From contig NC_002937.3 in the NCBI RefSeq assembly GCF_000195755.1, positions 420,001 through 452,000 on the forward strand: a DNA stretch of 32,000 bases, read 5' to 3'. This document shows positions 1 through 8,779 of this stretch, piece by piece. A program made the position numbers and the translations under genes. The notes below the pieces were generated by a model that worked only from the letters and a program-made list of their open reading frames with translations, was not told the DNA's origin and did not search any database. This DNA comes from Nitratidesulfovibrio vulgaris str. Hildenborough. Lineage in GTDB: Bacteria > Desulfobacterota > Desulfovibrionia > Desulfovibrionales > Desulfovibrionaceae. The first letter of the stretch is position 1. Each line of letters starts with the position of its first letter.

Positions 1-135
1 TTAGGGGGATGCCCGCGATGCCCGACAGGTTGTGGGGCTCCGGGACCCATGTCTCCTTACAGGGATTGTCTTTGGTGCGACCCGCAACGCAACGGTGCAG
101 GCTGTCTGGGGCGGGGTGACGACTGCCTGATGCTC

Positions 136-828
136 TCAGGCGCTTCTGCGGGTGGCCGCAAAGGCGAGGATGAGGCCCAGCATGATGCCGAGAGCGGCTG
201 CGAACAGCATCTGGAATTCGCCCGGAAGCATGAAGGTGATGGTGTGCGCGGGTATCCAGAAGAAGGGGATGGTCTTGCGGAACACGAAGTTCCACATGAT
301 GTCCCAGTCTATCCTGCGCAATATCCCCGCCACGTCCATGGGGCGCAGGGCTCCGGCAAGAGTGCCGCCGGTGTCGCTGATGTGGGTGTCGGTGACCTTG
401 TGCAGGGTCATCATCCACGGCCCGAAGACGCAGTTCAGGGTGGCGCTCACCGCGAAGGCGGTGAGCAGCTTCAGCCCGAGCGGGCCTGAGGCCAGTGTCG
501 CTGAGGAAACGCCGAGCCCCATGGCCCCGAGAAGGGCAGGAACCCCCACTGCGAAGATGCTGAACGCTCCCTTGATGATGACGCCAAGCAGCCCCCAGAC
601 CAGCATCTTGGGCAGCACGCCGAAGCCGGGGCGGTCATACGCCCCGCTCACGAGCCGGAGCGCAAGACACTCCCCGAAAGTGGCAAGGACGGCGAATTTC
701 ACGAAGCTCATGGAGTAGCCGTGATGTTTGCTCAGGTCTTCGAAGGTCTCCATGGCACCGGGGACGAACGAGAAGAAAGCCAGCACGGAACAGACGGTCC
801 CGATGGCGATGATGTCGGATCGTTTCAT
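136..828 (-). CDS. Integral membrane protein, family uncertain (possibly Mpv17/PMP22-like)
   Basis: 230-aa ORF with ATG at 828-826 and TGA at 138-136. Hydrophobic segments run throughout (IIAIGTVCSVLAFFSF, MLVWGLLGVIIKGAF, LFAAALGIMLGLILAF). It is the last gene of the co-directional cluster, 57 nt after the acyl-CoA synthetase stop. Confidence 0.7.
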   Translation of the reverse strand: MKRSDIIAIGTVCSVLAFFSFVPGAMETFEDLSKHHGYSMSFVKFAVLATFGECLALRLVSGAYDRPGFGVLPKMLVWGLLGVIIKGAFSIFAVGVPALLGAMGLGVSSATLASGPLGLKLLTAFAVSATLNCVFGPWMMTLHKVTDTHISDTGGTLAGALRPMDVAGILRRIDWDIMWNFVFRKTIPFFWIPAHTITFMLPGEFQMLFAAALGIMLGLILAFAATRRSA

Positions 829-847
829 GATGGTGTTCGATATGGTT

Positions 848-876
848 CGGGGCGGTGCCTTGTGGTCACCGCCCCG
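848..876 (-). other. Intercistronic GC hairpin (acyl-CoA synthetase / membrane protein junction)
   Basis: CGGGGCGGTG (848-857) pairs with CACCGCCCCG (867-876). No U tract follows on the minus strand. Confidence 0.5.
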
Positions 877-885
877 GTTGGTTAG

Positions 886-3297
886 CTAGATGGCTGCCTC
901 GGCGCGGAGGGCGTCGGCGTGGAGTCGTGCCTCGATGTACTGCGCGAGGGTCGCAACGGCCCGGTCGCATACCGGGAATACCGGAATGCCGCAGGCGTTG
1001 AGGACGTCACGCAGGGGGTCGTACAGCTTGCCACCGTCGATGACGCCAAGGATGGGCTTGTCGCAGCCTGCGGCAACACTGCCGAGAAGGGAGGCGATGC
1101 CATTCGCCGCTGTCATGTCGAACGCGGGCACGTCCGTCCCGGACAGGGTGTGCATGGCGGGCGAAAGGGGGTCGAGGCCTATGACGACGGCGTCCACTCC
1201 GTCATCGCTGGCGAGAATCCCCGCTACCGTGGCGTGGGCCTCGTCATCGGCCGAGGGGTTGATGTCCAGCGGGTTGTGCACGCTGACAAGACCCGCCAGC
1301 TTCTTGGCCTGTAACACTGCGGTGATCCTTTCGTGCGTTGCTTCAGAGAACGAGGCAAGGCGAATCTGGTAGTCGTCAGACTGGATGGAGTCTGCCATGC
1401 CGACGGCCTCGAAACCTGCACCGCTGACTGCGGCAAGGCGGTTGCCGCGTATCCTCTTGGAGGCGAGAGTCTCTGCCAGCATGAAAAGGTCCTGAAACTC
1501 CGTGAAGTTGCGGGCGACCATGGCCCCGGCCTGACGCACGCACGATTCGCAGACCATGTAGTCGCCTGCGAGTGAGGCCGTGTGGCCGCTCGTGGCGTTT
1601 TTGCCCTCGGGGGTGCGTCCTGCCTTGTAGAAGAGTACCTCCTTGCCTGCGAGGACGGCTTCACGCACGGCAGTGCAGAACTCGAGCCCGTCGAGGTCGT
1701 TGAACCCTTCGGCGTATACGGCGATGACATCCACCTTGTCGGAGTCTTTGAAGTACTTCACCATGTCGCCAAGGGTCAGGTCTGTCTGGTTGCCCATGGA
1801 GACCATGTAGGCGGGGTTGAGTTCAGGGCATTGACTCGAACGGTGAAGCATGAACGCACCCGACTGGCTCACCAGCGCGGCACGGTGGTAGCTGGCCTCA
1901 CGGTTCTTGGGCAGCTTCTCTTCAGGGATGAACCACGTGTCGTACCTGCCGGGGTGCGAGACCACACCCATGCAGTTGGCGCCGAGGAACACGGGGCCCC
2001 CGTCGCCCTTGCCGTGTGCTTCGTTGATGGCGGCGATGACCTTGGCGGCACGTTCGCGGCTCTCTTCGGTCTCGCCCATGCCACCGGGGATGAGCATGGC
2101 GGTGTTGGCAGCGTCGAGACGGATGACCTCGTCAACGAGGTCGGGAACCTGTGCCGCGCCGACAGCCACGACGAACAGGTCGAGCTTCTCGGGCAGAGAC
2201 GCGAGATCGGGAAAGCACTTCACCCCGTCGATCTCGTCAGCGCCCTCGCGCAGAAGGTACACATCCTCTTTCGCGTAGCCCGCGGAAAGGACGTTGTCGA
2301 GGATGATGCGGCCGAAGTTCTTGCGCGTCGTGGAGACACCGACGATGCCTATCTTGCGGGGGTGCAGCAGGCGGTCGATCTTGGCGATGGGCCGCCCGCT
2401 TTCGCGCGGGGTGGGTCTGCCGAAACGGCACATGCCGTCGAGCGGCACCATGAGAAAATCGGTGAAGGCGTAGGGGTTGATCTCCATTTCTTCGATCACG
2501 AACTCGGTGTCGGGGTTCGTGGGCGAGTAGCGGCGGCCCATCTCGATGAACGAACTGAAGCATTCGACGAGCTGTTCGTCCGTCACGACACGACGCTGAC
2601 CGCGGGTGAGACCGGCGAGCTTCTTGTAGGAGATGGTCTTGCGGAAGAGTTCGAAGAAGGTCTCGCCGTCGGTCAGTTCGCACGAGGCCGCCACGATGGC
2701 CTGCCCCTTGCGGAAGCGTTCGGCGTACAACTCCGTGTCGGTGCCGCCGAGACCGGCGCTGACGACCATGCCGAATTCGCGGGTGTTGCGCAGGCCCACG
2801 ATGAGTTCGTTGCCGAAGGACGAAGAGTCGGGGGGCATGAACTGCACCATGAGCACGCCCTTGAGGTCGCCCCGTATCGCCGTGACCAGCGCCTCGCCGG
2901 ACAGCCCGCGGTAGGCGGACGGCGCGTGGGCGGGGTCGAGGTTGATCATGTTGGCATAGTTCTCGGGCACTTCGCAGAGCATGCGGCGCACGGCGGAGCG
3001 GATCTTCTCGGGGCTCTTGGGAACGATGCGCACTCCGCCCACTTCGGTCTTGTGGATGATGGTGGGCGAAACGATCTTCAGCACCACCTTCTCGCCGGGC
3101 AGGGCCATGAGTTCGTCATCGGAGGGGCGGGCACCGCGGGGGATGAGGATGCACTTGGGCGGGGTCTCCGCACCGGAGCTTCCAAGCAGATTGTACACTT
3201 CGTATTCAAGCAGGTAGTCGCGTCCCTCGTCTCGCGCGCTCCTGAAAAGCGACGTGATGGCGTCGTGGTCGATGAAGGCGCCGTTCTGTTCTTCCAT
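886..3297 (-). CDS. ADP-forming acyl-CoA synthetase (NDP-forming), fused beta-alpha: ATP-grasp, then CoA-binding, then ligase domain
   Basis: N-terminal ATP-grasp-like region (VLKIVSPTIIHKTEVGGVRIV). CoA-binding Rossmann (KIGIVGVSTTRKNFGRII), SQSGAF, and a phosphohistidine-type loop SGHTASLAGD. The ORF extends to a GTG at 3339. I prefer the ATG at 3297 (MEEQNG...), which has GGAAAGGG 8 nt upstream. Confidence 0.85.
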   Translation of the reverse strand: MEEQNGAFIDHDAITSLFRSARDEGRDYLLEYEVYNLLGSSGAETPPKCILIPRGARPSDDELMALPGEKVVLKIVSPTIIHKTEVGGVRIVPKSPEKIRSAVRRMLCEVPENYANMINLDPAHAPSAYRGLSGEALVTAIRGDLKGVLMVQFMPPDSSSFGNELIVGLRNTREFGMVVSAGLGGTDTELYAERFRKGQAIVAASCELTDGETFFELFRKTISYKKLAGLTRGQRRVVTDEQLVECFSSFIEMGRRYSPTNPDTEFVIEEMEINPYAFTDFLMVPLDGMCRFGRPTPRESGRPIAKIDRLLHPRKIGIVGVSTTRKNFGRIILDNVLSAGYAKEDVYLLREGADEIDGVKCFPDLASLPEKLDLFVVAVGAAQVPDLVDEVIRLDAANTAMLIPGGMGETEESRERAAKVIAAINEAHGKGDGGPVFLGANCMGVVSHPGRYDTWFIPEEKLPKNREASYHRAALVSQSGAFMLHRSSQCPELNPAYMVSMGNQTDLTLGDMVKYFKDSDKVDVIAVYAEGFNDLDGLEFCTAVREAVLAGKEVLFYKAGRTPEGKNATSGHTASLAGDYMVCESCVRQAGAMVARNFTEFQDLFMLAETLASKRIRGNRLAAVSGAGFEAVGMADSIQSDDYQIRLASFSEATHERITAVLQAKKLAGLVSVHNPLDINPSADDEAHATVAGILASDDGVDAVVIGLDPLSPAMHTLSGTDVPAFDMTAANGIASLLGSVAAGCDKPILGVIDGGKLYDPLRDVLNACGIPVFPVCDRAVATLAQYIEARLHADALRAEAAI

Positions 3298-3362
3298 GGT
3301 ATTCGCCCTTTCCGGTGAGTGTTTCGTGACAGTCGGCACGGCCTTCAGGCGGGCCGACGAGA

Positions 3363-3384
3363 GGGGGGAGGGGACCCTCCCCCC
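3363..3384 (-). other. Intercistronic G/C hairpin (IOR / acyl-CoA synthetase junction)
   Basis: GGGGGGAGGGG (3363-3373) and CCCTCCCCCC (3375-3384) are almost contiguous complementary runs. Confidence 0.5.
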
Positions 3385-3402
3385 GGGTCGGAACGTACTA
3401 GT

Positions 3403-5901
3403 CTACAGAAGGCCTCGGCCCACGTTGAAGGCCGCATGGTTGGCAGTCCAGATGGCAGGCTTGGGGCTGACGTTGCGCAAAGCCTGCAACCACAGTTCGG
3501 CGGGGAAGCCGTCGAACGGGGCGAGGGTGCTGAGTGCGCCGATCATGACCACGTTGGCGATGCGGCCTGTGGGGTCGCCCAGTTCAAGGGCGGCCTTGAG
3601 TACGTCGATGATGATGACGTTGTATCCGTCCAGCGTGCCGAGGATGGCGTCGCGGTGCGGGTAGGCGTCTTCGCTCACGCCATAGGGCAGGACGCGGGTG
3701 TCGGCCAGCAGCACGGTGCCTCCGGGGCGCAGCATGCCCACATAACCGGGACGCAGCACTTCGCTCATCTCCATGCTGACGAGACAGTCTGCGGTGCCGG
3801 GCAGCAGTACCGGAGAGACGACCTTGCCGCAACTGAAGGTCGAGATGACGGGCCCGCCCATCTGGGCCATGCCGTGCGTCTCGCCCTTGACCACGTTGGT
3901 GTCGCCGTATCCGGCGAGGAATGCCAGCTGGGTCAGCACGCGGCCGAAGAACAGGTTGCCCTGCCCACCCACACCGCGGATGGCCACGGCGATCTTCTCG
4001 GGCAGCGTGAAGGAGCCGGGTGCGGGCATGGCGATTTCTTCAGGCGCTTTGGGCAGTTCGACACGCGCGGTGGCCCTGGTGTCAACGGCCTCGGCGGCCT
4101 TGATGGCGTGCACGGGGCACATCTGCCCGCAAGCCGCGTTCTGGCTCACGCAGCCGGAGCACAGGTTGTTGAACGAAGGCAGGCCTTCGGCGTCGGCGCT
4201 GATGCCGGGGCATATCTGGCACTGGCCGCAGCGTTTGCAGAGGTCTGCGTCGACCGTCATGCGCGTGCCGTAGGCGGACTTGGGCATCTTGCGGATGCAC
4301 ACGCCGGTGACGACCATCGTGGTGAACTCGCCGTTCGCCGCATCTTCGAGGGCACTGGTGAGCGCCGTGCGGATGCCCTTGCGGTCATAGCCGTTCACCA
4401 CCACGACCTTGGCCCCGTGTGCCTTGAGGGATGCCTGAAGGTCGAAGGTGTTCTCCTGTCCGGCGAGGTTCACCGGCGAGGTGGGGCCGGGCTGGCCACC
4501 GGTCATGGCCGTCCAGTTGTTGTCCAGCACCACCTTCACACCGGCGATGTGGCGGAAGATGGTGTTGCGGGTGGCGTCCATGCCGCTGTGGCATTCGGTG
4601 CCGTCGCCGAGCAGCGAGATGCATTTGGCGGCCTTGTCCGGGTTGGCGACGATGAAACCTGCCCTGTGGGCCTCGCCGGCTCCCATGGCCACGTTGGTGT
4701 CCATGGCATCCATGAAGTACAGCAGGGTGTTGCAGCCGATGTCGCCGAAGCAGGCCTCGATCTTGCCGCGCTTCTTCATGGAGCGCACGGTCTCGCCGAA
4801 GAGGCGGTACGGGCAGCCCGCACAGATCATGGGCGCGCGAGGCAGCGGTGCCACGTCCGAGGCTGCGGGGGACTTCAGGCTGTAGCCGAGCAGGGCGGCG
4901 ATGCCGGCGGGGTCCCACTCGGTGACGGTGTCGGCGGGAGACTTGCCCTTGACGGCAAGACCGGCGCGCTCAAGTTCTTCCTGAAGGTAACGGTACCCGT
5001 CCTCGACAACGTAGACGTCGCCCTCGATGGAGGCATGGAACTCGCGGATGAGGTTCATGGGGAGCGGACAGGTGAAGCCGAGGGAGAGGATGTCTATGTC
5101 TTCTCCGAGGGCCTGCTTCACTTCACGGACCATCATCTCGCCCACGCCGAAGGTGATGACGCCGACCTTGCGCGAGCCGCGTTCCCAGACGTTGAGCGGG
5201 CTCTTCTCGACCATGTCGGCAAGGGCGGGCATGCGTTCAGTGACGACCTTGTCGTAGTTGCGCCGGGCGGTGACGGGCAACGTGTTGAATGCCTTCAGCG
5301 GTACGCTGGAGACGACGCGTTCACGCGTGCGGATTTCGGAGAGGCGGACAAGCCCTTCGCTGTGGCACAGGGTGCCGCTGGCGAGAATGACCACGGGGGT
5401 CTTGTACTGGCGGCTGATGTCGGCGGCGATTTCCGCAGCCTCGTGCATCTCCTGATGGTTGCGCGGTTCGAAAATGGGGGTGAAACAGCTTCTGATGAAG
5501 GGACGCGGGTCCACCAGATGCTGGGTCGAACTGGGCGTGAAGTCGGATGCGAGGTAGTATACCAGCGCACCGCGGTCTTCCGTGAAGAACGCGCTGCTGG
5601 AGAAGGGGTCGCCCGCCTGGAACAGGCCGGGTATCTTCATGGTCACGATGCAGTCTTCGCCCGCCAGCGAGTGCCCGTGCCCCATGGACACGGCGACGGC
5701 CTCGCTCACGGACCAGCCCACCTTGATCATGTCCTGAACATTGGAGAGGCCCTTGTCGATGACTTCGGTGGACGGAGTGCCCGGGTAGCCGTCAACGGCG
5801 TGGATGCCGGAGCGGACGCACCCTGCGGCAAAGGCTATGTTGCCCTGCAGGACGGCGGCTTCACCCGCGTTCTGGGTGCAGAGTTGCTTGATGGCGTTCA
5901 T
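3403..5901 (-). CDS. Indolepyruvate/2-oxoacid:ferredoxin oxidoreductase, IorA-IorB fused in one polypeptide
   Basis: 832 aa. N-terminal IorA-like region (GNIAFAAGCVRSGIHAVDGYPGTPSTEV), a TPP region (GDIGCNTL...LLGDGTECHSG), two Cys clusters (CKRCGQCQICP; CSGCVSQNAACGQMCP) and a C-terminal gamma/IorB-like region (AIRGVGGQGNLFFGRVL). Confidence 0.88.
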   Translation of the reverse strand: MNAIKQLCTQNAGEAAVLQGNIAFAAGCVRSGIHAVDGYPGTPSTEVIDKGLSNVQDMIKVGWSVSEAVAVSMGHGHSLAGEDCIVTMKIPGLFQAGDPFSSSAFFTEDRGALVYYLASDFTPSSTQHLVDPRPFIRSCFTPIFEPRNHQEMHEAAEIAADISRQYKTPVVILASGTLCHSEGLVRLSEIRTRERVVSSVPLKAFNTLPVTARRNYDKVVTERMPALADMVEKSPLNVWERGSRKVGVITFGVGEMMVREVKQALGEDIDILSLGFTCPLPMNLIREFHASIEGDVYVVEDGYRYLQEELERAGLAVKGKSPADTVTEWDPAGIAALLGYSLKSPAASDVAPLPRAPMICAGCPYRLFGETVRSMKKRGKIEACFGDIGCNTLLYFMDAMDTNVAMGAGEAHRAGFIVANPDKAAKCISLLGDGTECHSGMDATRNTIFRHIAGVKVVLDNNWTAMTGGQPGPTSPVNLAGQENTFDLQASLKAHGAKVVVVNGYDRKGIRTALTSALEDAANGEFTTMVVTGVCIRKMPKSAYGTRMTVDADLCKRCGQCQICPGISADAEGLPSFNNLCSGCVSQNAACGQMCPVHAIKAAEAVDTRATARVELPKAPEEIAMPAPGSFTLPEKIAVAIRGVGGQGNLFFGRVLTQLAFLAGYGDTNVVKGETHGMAQMGGPVISTFSCGKVVSPVLLPGTADCLVSMEMSEVLRPGYVGMLRPGGTVLLADTRVLPYGVSEDAYPHRDAILGTLDGYNVIIIDVLKAALELGDPTGRIANVVMIGALSTLAPFDGFPAELWLQALRNVSPKPAIWTANHAAFNVGRGLL

Positions 5902-5949
5902 GTGAGGTCTCTTCTGGTGTGGCGCGAGGCCTTTCTGTGCGGTGATGGG

Positions 5950-5975
5950 GCGGGCCGCCCATGCAGGCGGCCCGC
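5950..5975 (-). other. Intercistronic GC hairpin (dehydrogenase / IOR junction)
   Basis: GCGGGCCGCC (5950-5959) pairs with GGCGGCCCGC (5966-5975). The loop is CATGCA. Confidence 0.5.
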
Positions 5976-5985
5976 AATGCCTGTA

Positions 5986-7215
5986 CTAGTGCATCAGCTT
6001 GTGCAGCACGGTCTTCAGCGAAGCGGCGAGCAAGTGGTTCTTGCCGGTGGCTGCCGCGCAAGACTCGGTGAGGGCGTTGCGGATGACTTCGGAGACATCC
6101 TGGAAGATGGCGCTCTCGTCGAGGTCGACCTTGCTGCTCATCAGGTAGTTGAAGGCACGGGCCATGCCGCAGTTGGCGATGAAGTCGGGAATGACGTCCA
6201 CCACGCCGTCGGCGTATTCGGCCGTGGGGCCGTAGAAGATGTTGTCGTCCCTGAACGGCACGTTGGCACCGCAGGCGATGAGGCCGAGTCCGTTGTCCTT
6301 CAGGGTGGCGACCTGTTCGCGGGTCACGAGACGGGATGCGGCGCACGGCAGGAAGACATCTGCCCCGACGCTCCACACCAGCTTCTGGGTGTCTTCGGCG
6401 GAAAGCAGGTTGTCACCGGTGAGGGTGTTGCCGACGCGCTTGGCCAGCAGTTCCTTCACCTGTTCGAAGGTGAGGCCCTCGGTGGAGACGAGGCCAGCGG
6501 CACGGTCGATGATGCCGACGACCTTCGCGCCATTGGCGGCAAGGTAGTAGGCTGCGGTGCCGCCCACGTTGCCCCATCCCTGCACGATGACGCGCTTTCC
6601 GGCGACGCTGTCACCCTTGATCTCGTAGTAGTGTCTGACCGATTCGGAAACGCCGAAGCCGGTGATCAGGTCGGCCACGAGATACTTCTTCGCCGGGTCG
6701 GGGGTGTAGGCCGGGTTCACCACGGGCATGGTGACGCCGCCGCGCAGCTGGCAGATCTTCTGGATGCGCAGTTCTTCGGAGGGGTGGAAGTGACCGTTGA
6801 CGATGCCCTCCTGCGGGTGCCAGAGGCCGTATTCCTCGGTGTTGGGGATGACGTCCTTGATCTCGCAGACGTTCAGGTCGCCACCGGTGCCGTAGTAGCT
6901 CTTCAGCAGCGGCATGACAGCCTTGTACCAGCGGTTGAGCACGTCGTTCTTCCGGGGGTCTGCCGGGTCGAAGTTGATGCCCGACTTGGCGCCGCCGATG
7001 TGCGGGCCCGATACGGCGAACTTGATTTCCATGGTCTTGGCGAGCGACACGACCTCGTGCTTGTCCAGCCCCTTGCGCATGCGGGTGCCGCCACCGGCGG
7101 CGCCACCGCGCAGCGAGTTGATGACGGCCCAGCCGGTGGCGTCGGTTTCCGCATCGTGCCATTCGAACACGATTTCAGGGGCCTTGTTTTCGAATGCGTT
7201 CAGAAGGTCTTTCAT
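5986..7215 (-). CDS. Glu/Leu/Phe/Val-family amino acid dehydrogenase
   Basis: 409 aa. Catalytic-Lys motif region (FAVSGPHIGGAKSGINFDP) and dinucleotide fold (VIVQGWGNVGGTAAYYL). AAGGAG lies 7 nt before the ATG at 7215. Confidence 0.88.
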   Translation of the reverse strand: MKDLLNAFENKAPEIVFEWHDAETDATGWAVINSLRGGAAGGGTRMRKGLDKHEVVSLAKTMEIKFAVSGPHIGGAKSGINFDPADPRKNDVLNRWYKAVMPLLKSYYGTGGDLNVCEIKDVIPNTEEYGLWHPQEGIVNGHFHPSEELRIQKICQLRGGVTMPVVNPAYTPDPAKKYLVADLITGFGVSESVRHYYEIKGDSVAGKRVIVQGWGNVGGTAAYYLAANGAKVVGIIDRAAGLVSTEGLTFEQVKELLAKRVGNTLTGDNLLSAEDTQKLVWSVGADVFLPCAASRLVTREQVATLKDNGLGLIACGANVPFRDDNIFYGPTAEYADGVVDVIPDFIANCGMARAFNYLMSSKVDLDESAIFQDVSEVIRNALTESCAAATGKNHLLAASLKTVLHKLMH

Positions 7216-7236
7216 GACAAACTCCTTGAATAGCTT

Positions 7237-7503
7237 TTATTTTTCGTTCAGTCCCCGTGCCAGCCAGCTTGCGAACTGCGCCAGGACGGAGTCATCCAGT
7301 GAAGCGAACTGATACATGCGGCCTTCGACGGAAATGACGGGGGTCTTCCCTTTCAGGCCCTGCCTCGACAATTCGAGGTAGCAGGTGACCTCCTGGACGT
7401 GAGCCAAGACCCCCTCCTGCGCGAGGAGGGTTTTCAGGCGCCTTGAGATGCGCTGGGCTTGGTTCGTGTCCGGGGTCAGTACGGTTATCCGCAACCCCGT
7501 CAT
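7237..7503 (-). CDS. Small thioredoxin-fold protein (MTH895/Thioredoxin_3-like) lacking the CXXC pair
   Basis: 88 aa. It aligns by eye to small archaeal Trx-like proteins: RITVLTPDTNQAQ against KIQIYGTGCANCQ, and the cis-Pro region KTPVISVEG against ALPGLAVDG. Its ATG lies 3 nt after the trxB stop (TAA-TAC-ATG) with no SD, which suggests translational coupling. Confidence 0.6.
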   Translation of the reverse strand: MTGLRITVLTPDTNQAQRISRRLKTLLAQEGVLAHVQEVTCYLELSRQGLKGKTPVISVEGRMYQFASLDDSVLAQFASWLARGLNEK

Positions 7504-7506
7504 GTA

Positions 7507-8424
7507 TTAGGCGGGGGCGCTGTGGATGAAGCGCTCTGCTTCGAGGGCTGCCATGGTCCCGTCTGCCATGGCGGTGGTGAGCTGGCGATATTTCTTCTGG
7601 CGCACGTCTCCTGCTGCGTACACGCCGGAGAGGCTGGTGGCCATGTTCTCGTCGGTCACGATGTAGCCTTGCGCGTCCATGTCGAACTGGCCCCGGAACA
7701 CTTCGGTACCGGGCTTCTGGCCCATGAACACGAAGATGCCGTCGAATTCCCGGGTGAACACTTCGCCGGTGGCGACATCGCGCAGCGTGACAGAGCGCAG
7801 GGTCTCGTCGTAGTCCACGGAGACCACTTCCGTGGAGCGCATGAGCGTGGCGTTGGGGCGGGCGGCAAGGAGGTCTTGCGCCTTCTGGGCGGCGAAGAAG
7901 CGGTCCATCCTCTCGACGAGGGTGAGTTCCGCGATGCCCTGGTCGAGAAGGGCGAGAGATTCGTCGAACCCGCTGTTGCCGCCCCCCACCACGAGCACGC
8001 GCTTGCCGATGTAGGGCGCGCCGTCGCAGATGGCGCAGAAATGCACCTGTTCGCATTCCCCGGCGGCTTCGAGGGGCACCGGCTTGCGTCCGGTGGCGAC
8101 GATGACGGCCTTGGCGGTGTACACTTCGCCATCAGCCTCCACGCGCTTCTCGGGGCCTGTGAGGTCCATGCTGTCGATGCACACGGCCTCTTCGACGGTG
8201 ACGCCGAGATTGTTCACCTGTTCCTGCATGCGTTGTGCGAGTTCCATGCCCCCGATGGACGTGTACGAAGGCATGTTCTCGACGACCTTGGTCCAGTTGA
8301 CGAGCCCGCCGCAGGCATTCTCGTCCAGTATGAGGACGCGCAGGTTGGCGCGTGCGGCGTATATCGCCGACGTCATACCGGCGACGCCTCCCCCGAGGAT
8401 GATGAGATCGAATGCATGACTCAT
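7507..8424 (-). CDS. trxB: Thioredoxin reductase-like flavoprotein (low-Mr TrxR type)
   Basis: 305 aa. FAD motif ILGGGVAGMTSA, redox dithiol CAIC (HFCAICDG), second dinucleotide motif VVGGGNSG. The usual HRRxxxR NADPH motif reads VERMDRF instead. Confidence 0.88.
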   Translation of the reverse strand: MSHAFDLIILGGGVAGMTSAIYAARANLRVLILDENACGGLVNWTKVVENMPSYTSIGGMELAQRMQEQVNNLGVTVEEAVCIDSMDLTGPEKRVEADGEVYTAKAVIVATGRKPVPLEAAGECEQVHFCAICDGAPYIGKRVLVVGGGNSGFDESLALLDQGIAELTLVERMDRFFAAQKAQDLLAARPNATLMRSTEVVSVDYDETLRSVTLRDVATGEVFTREFDGIFVFMGQKPGTEVFRGQFDMDAQGYIVTDENMATSLSGVYAAGDVRQKKYRQLTTAMADGTMAALEAERFIHSAPA

Positions 8425-8442
8425 TGCAACAATTCTCCGGAA

Positions 8443-8757
8443 TTAGATGGACGCGTACAGGGCCTGCAATTCACGCGGGTTCATGATGCCGGAAAAGACC
8501 TTGGCGACCTTGCCGTCCCGGATGAAGACCAGTGTGGGTACGCGCTCGAATCCAAGTTCCTTCATGAGTTCGGGGCGGGCCTCGCTGTCCACGCTGGAGA
8601 TGGCGACCTGGGGCGCTCTGGCACCGAACTTGTCCAGCACCTTTTCCATGTTCTTGCAGTGCGGGCACAGGTTCTTGTGGAAGAAGACGATGGCGTCGGA
8701 AAGCCCTTCGAAATGGGCCATGCCGGCTTCTGTGGTGATGTCCCTTATTGCACTCAT
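8443..8757 (-). CDS. trx: Thioredoxin with atypical CPHC active site
   Basis: 104 aa. The active site C-P-H-C is encoded at 8656-8667 (TGC CCG CAC TGC on the minus strand). cis-Pro region ERVPTLVF. AAGGAG lies 8 nt upstream of the ATG at 8757. Confidence 0.88.
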   Translation of the reverse strand: MSAIRDITTEAGMAHFEGLSDAIVFFHKNLCPHCKNMEKVLDKFGARAPQVAISSVDSEARPELMKELGFERVPTLVFIRDGKVAKVFSGIMNPRELQALYASI

Positions 8758-8779
8758 TCCAAAAACTCCTTGAAGCTGA

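Noticed and set aside
1-50. A possible start of a minus-strand gene (ATG at 50-48, preceded by AAGGAG) running off the left edge of the window.
   Set aside because: Only 16 codons are visible (MGPGAPQPVGHRGHPP...). The SD is only 2 nt from the ATG. The peptide looks like random GC-rich translation. I cannot support it from this window.
3361-3384. G-runs (G6, G4) that could suggest a G-quadruplex.
   Set aside because: Only two substantial G-tracts are present, and they are immediately followed by the complementary C-tracts. A simple hairpin explains the sequence.
3319-7233. A 1304-aa plus-strand ORF spanning almost 4 kb.
   Set aside because: It lies antisense to, and crosses the boundaries of, three strongly supported minus-strand genes (acyl-CoA synthetase start, IOR, dehydrogenase). 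Its translation is Gly/Ala/Val/Asp/His/Arg-rich low-information sequence with no motifs. This is the typical stop-codon-poor antisense frame of a high-GC genome.
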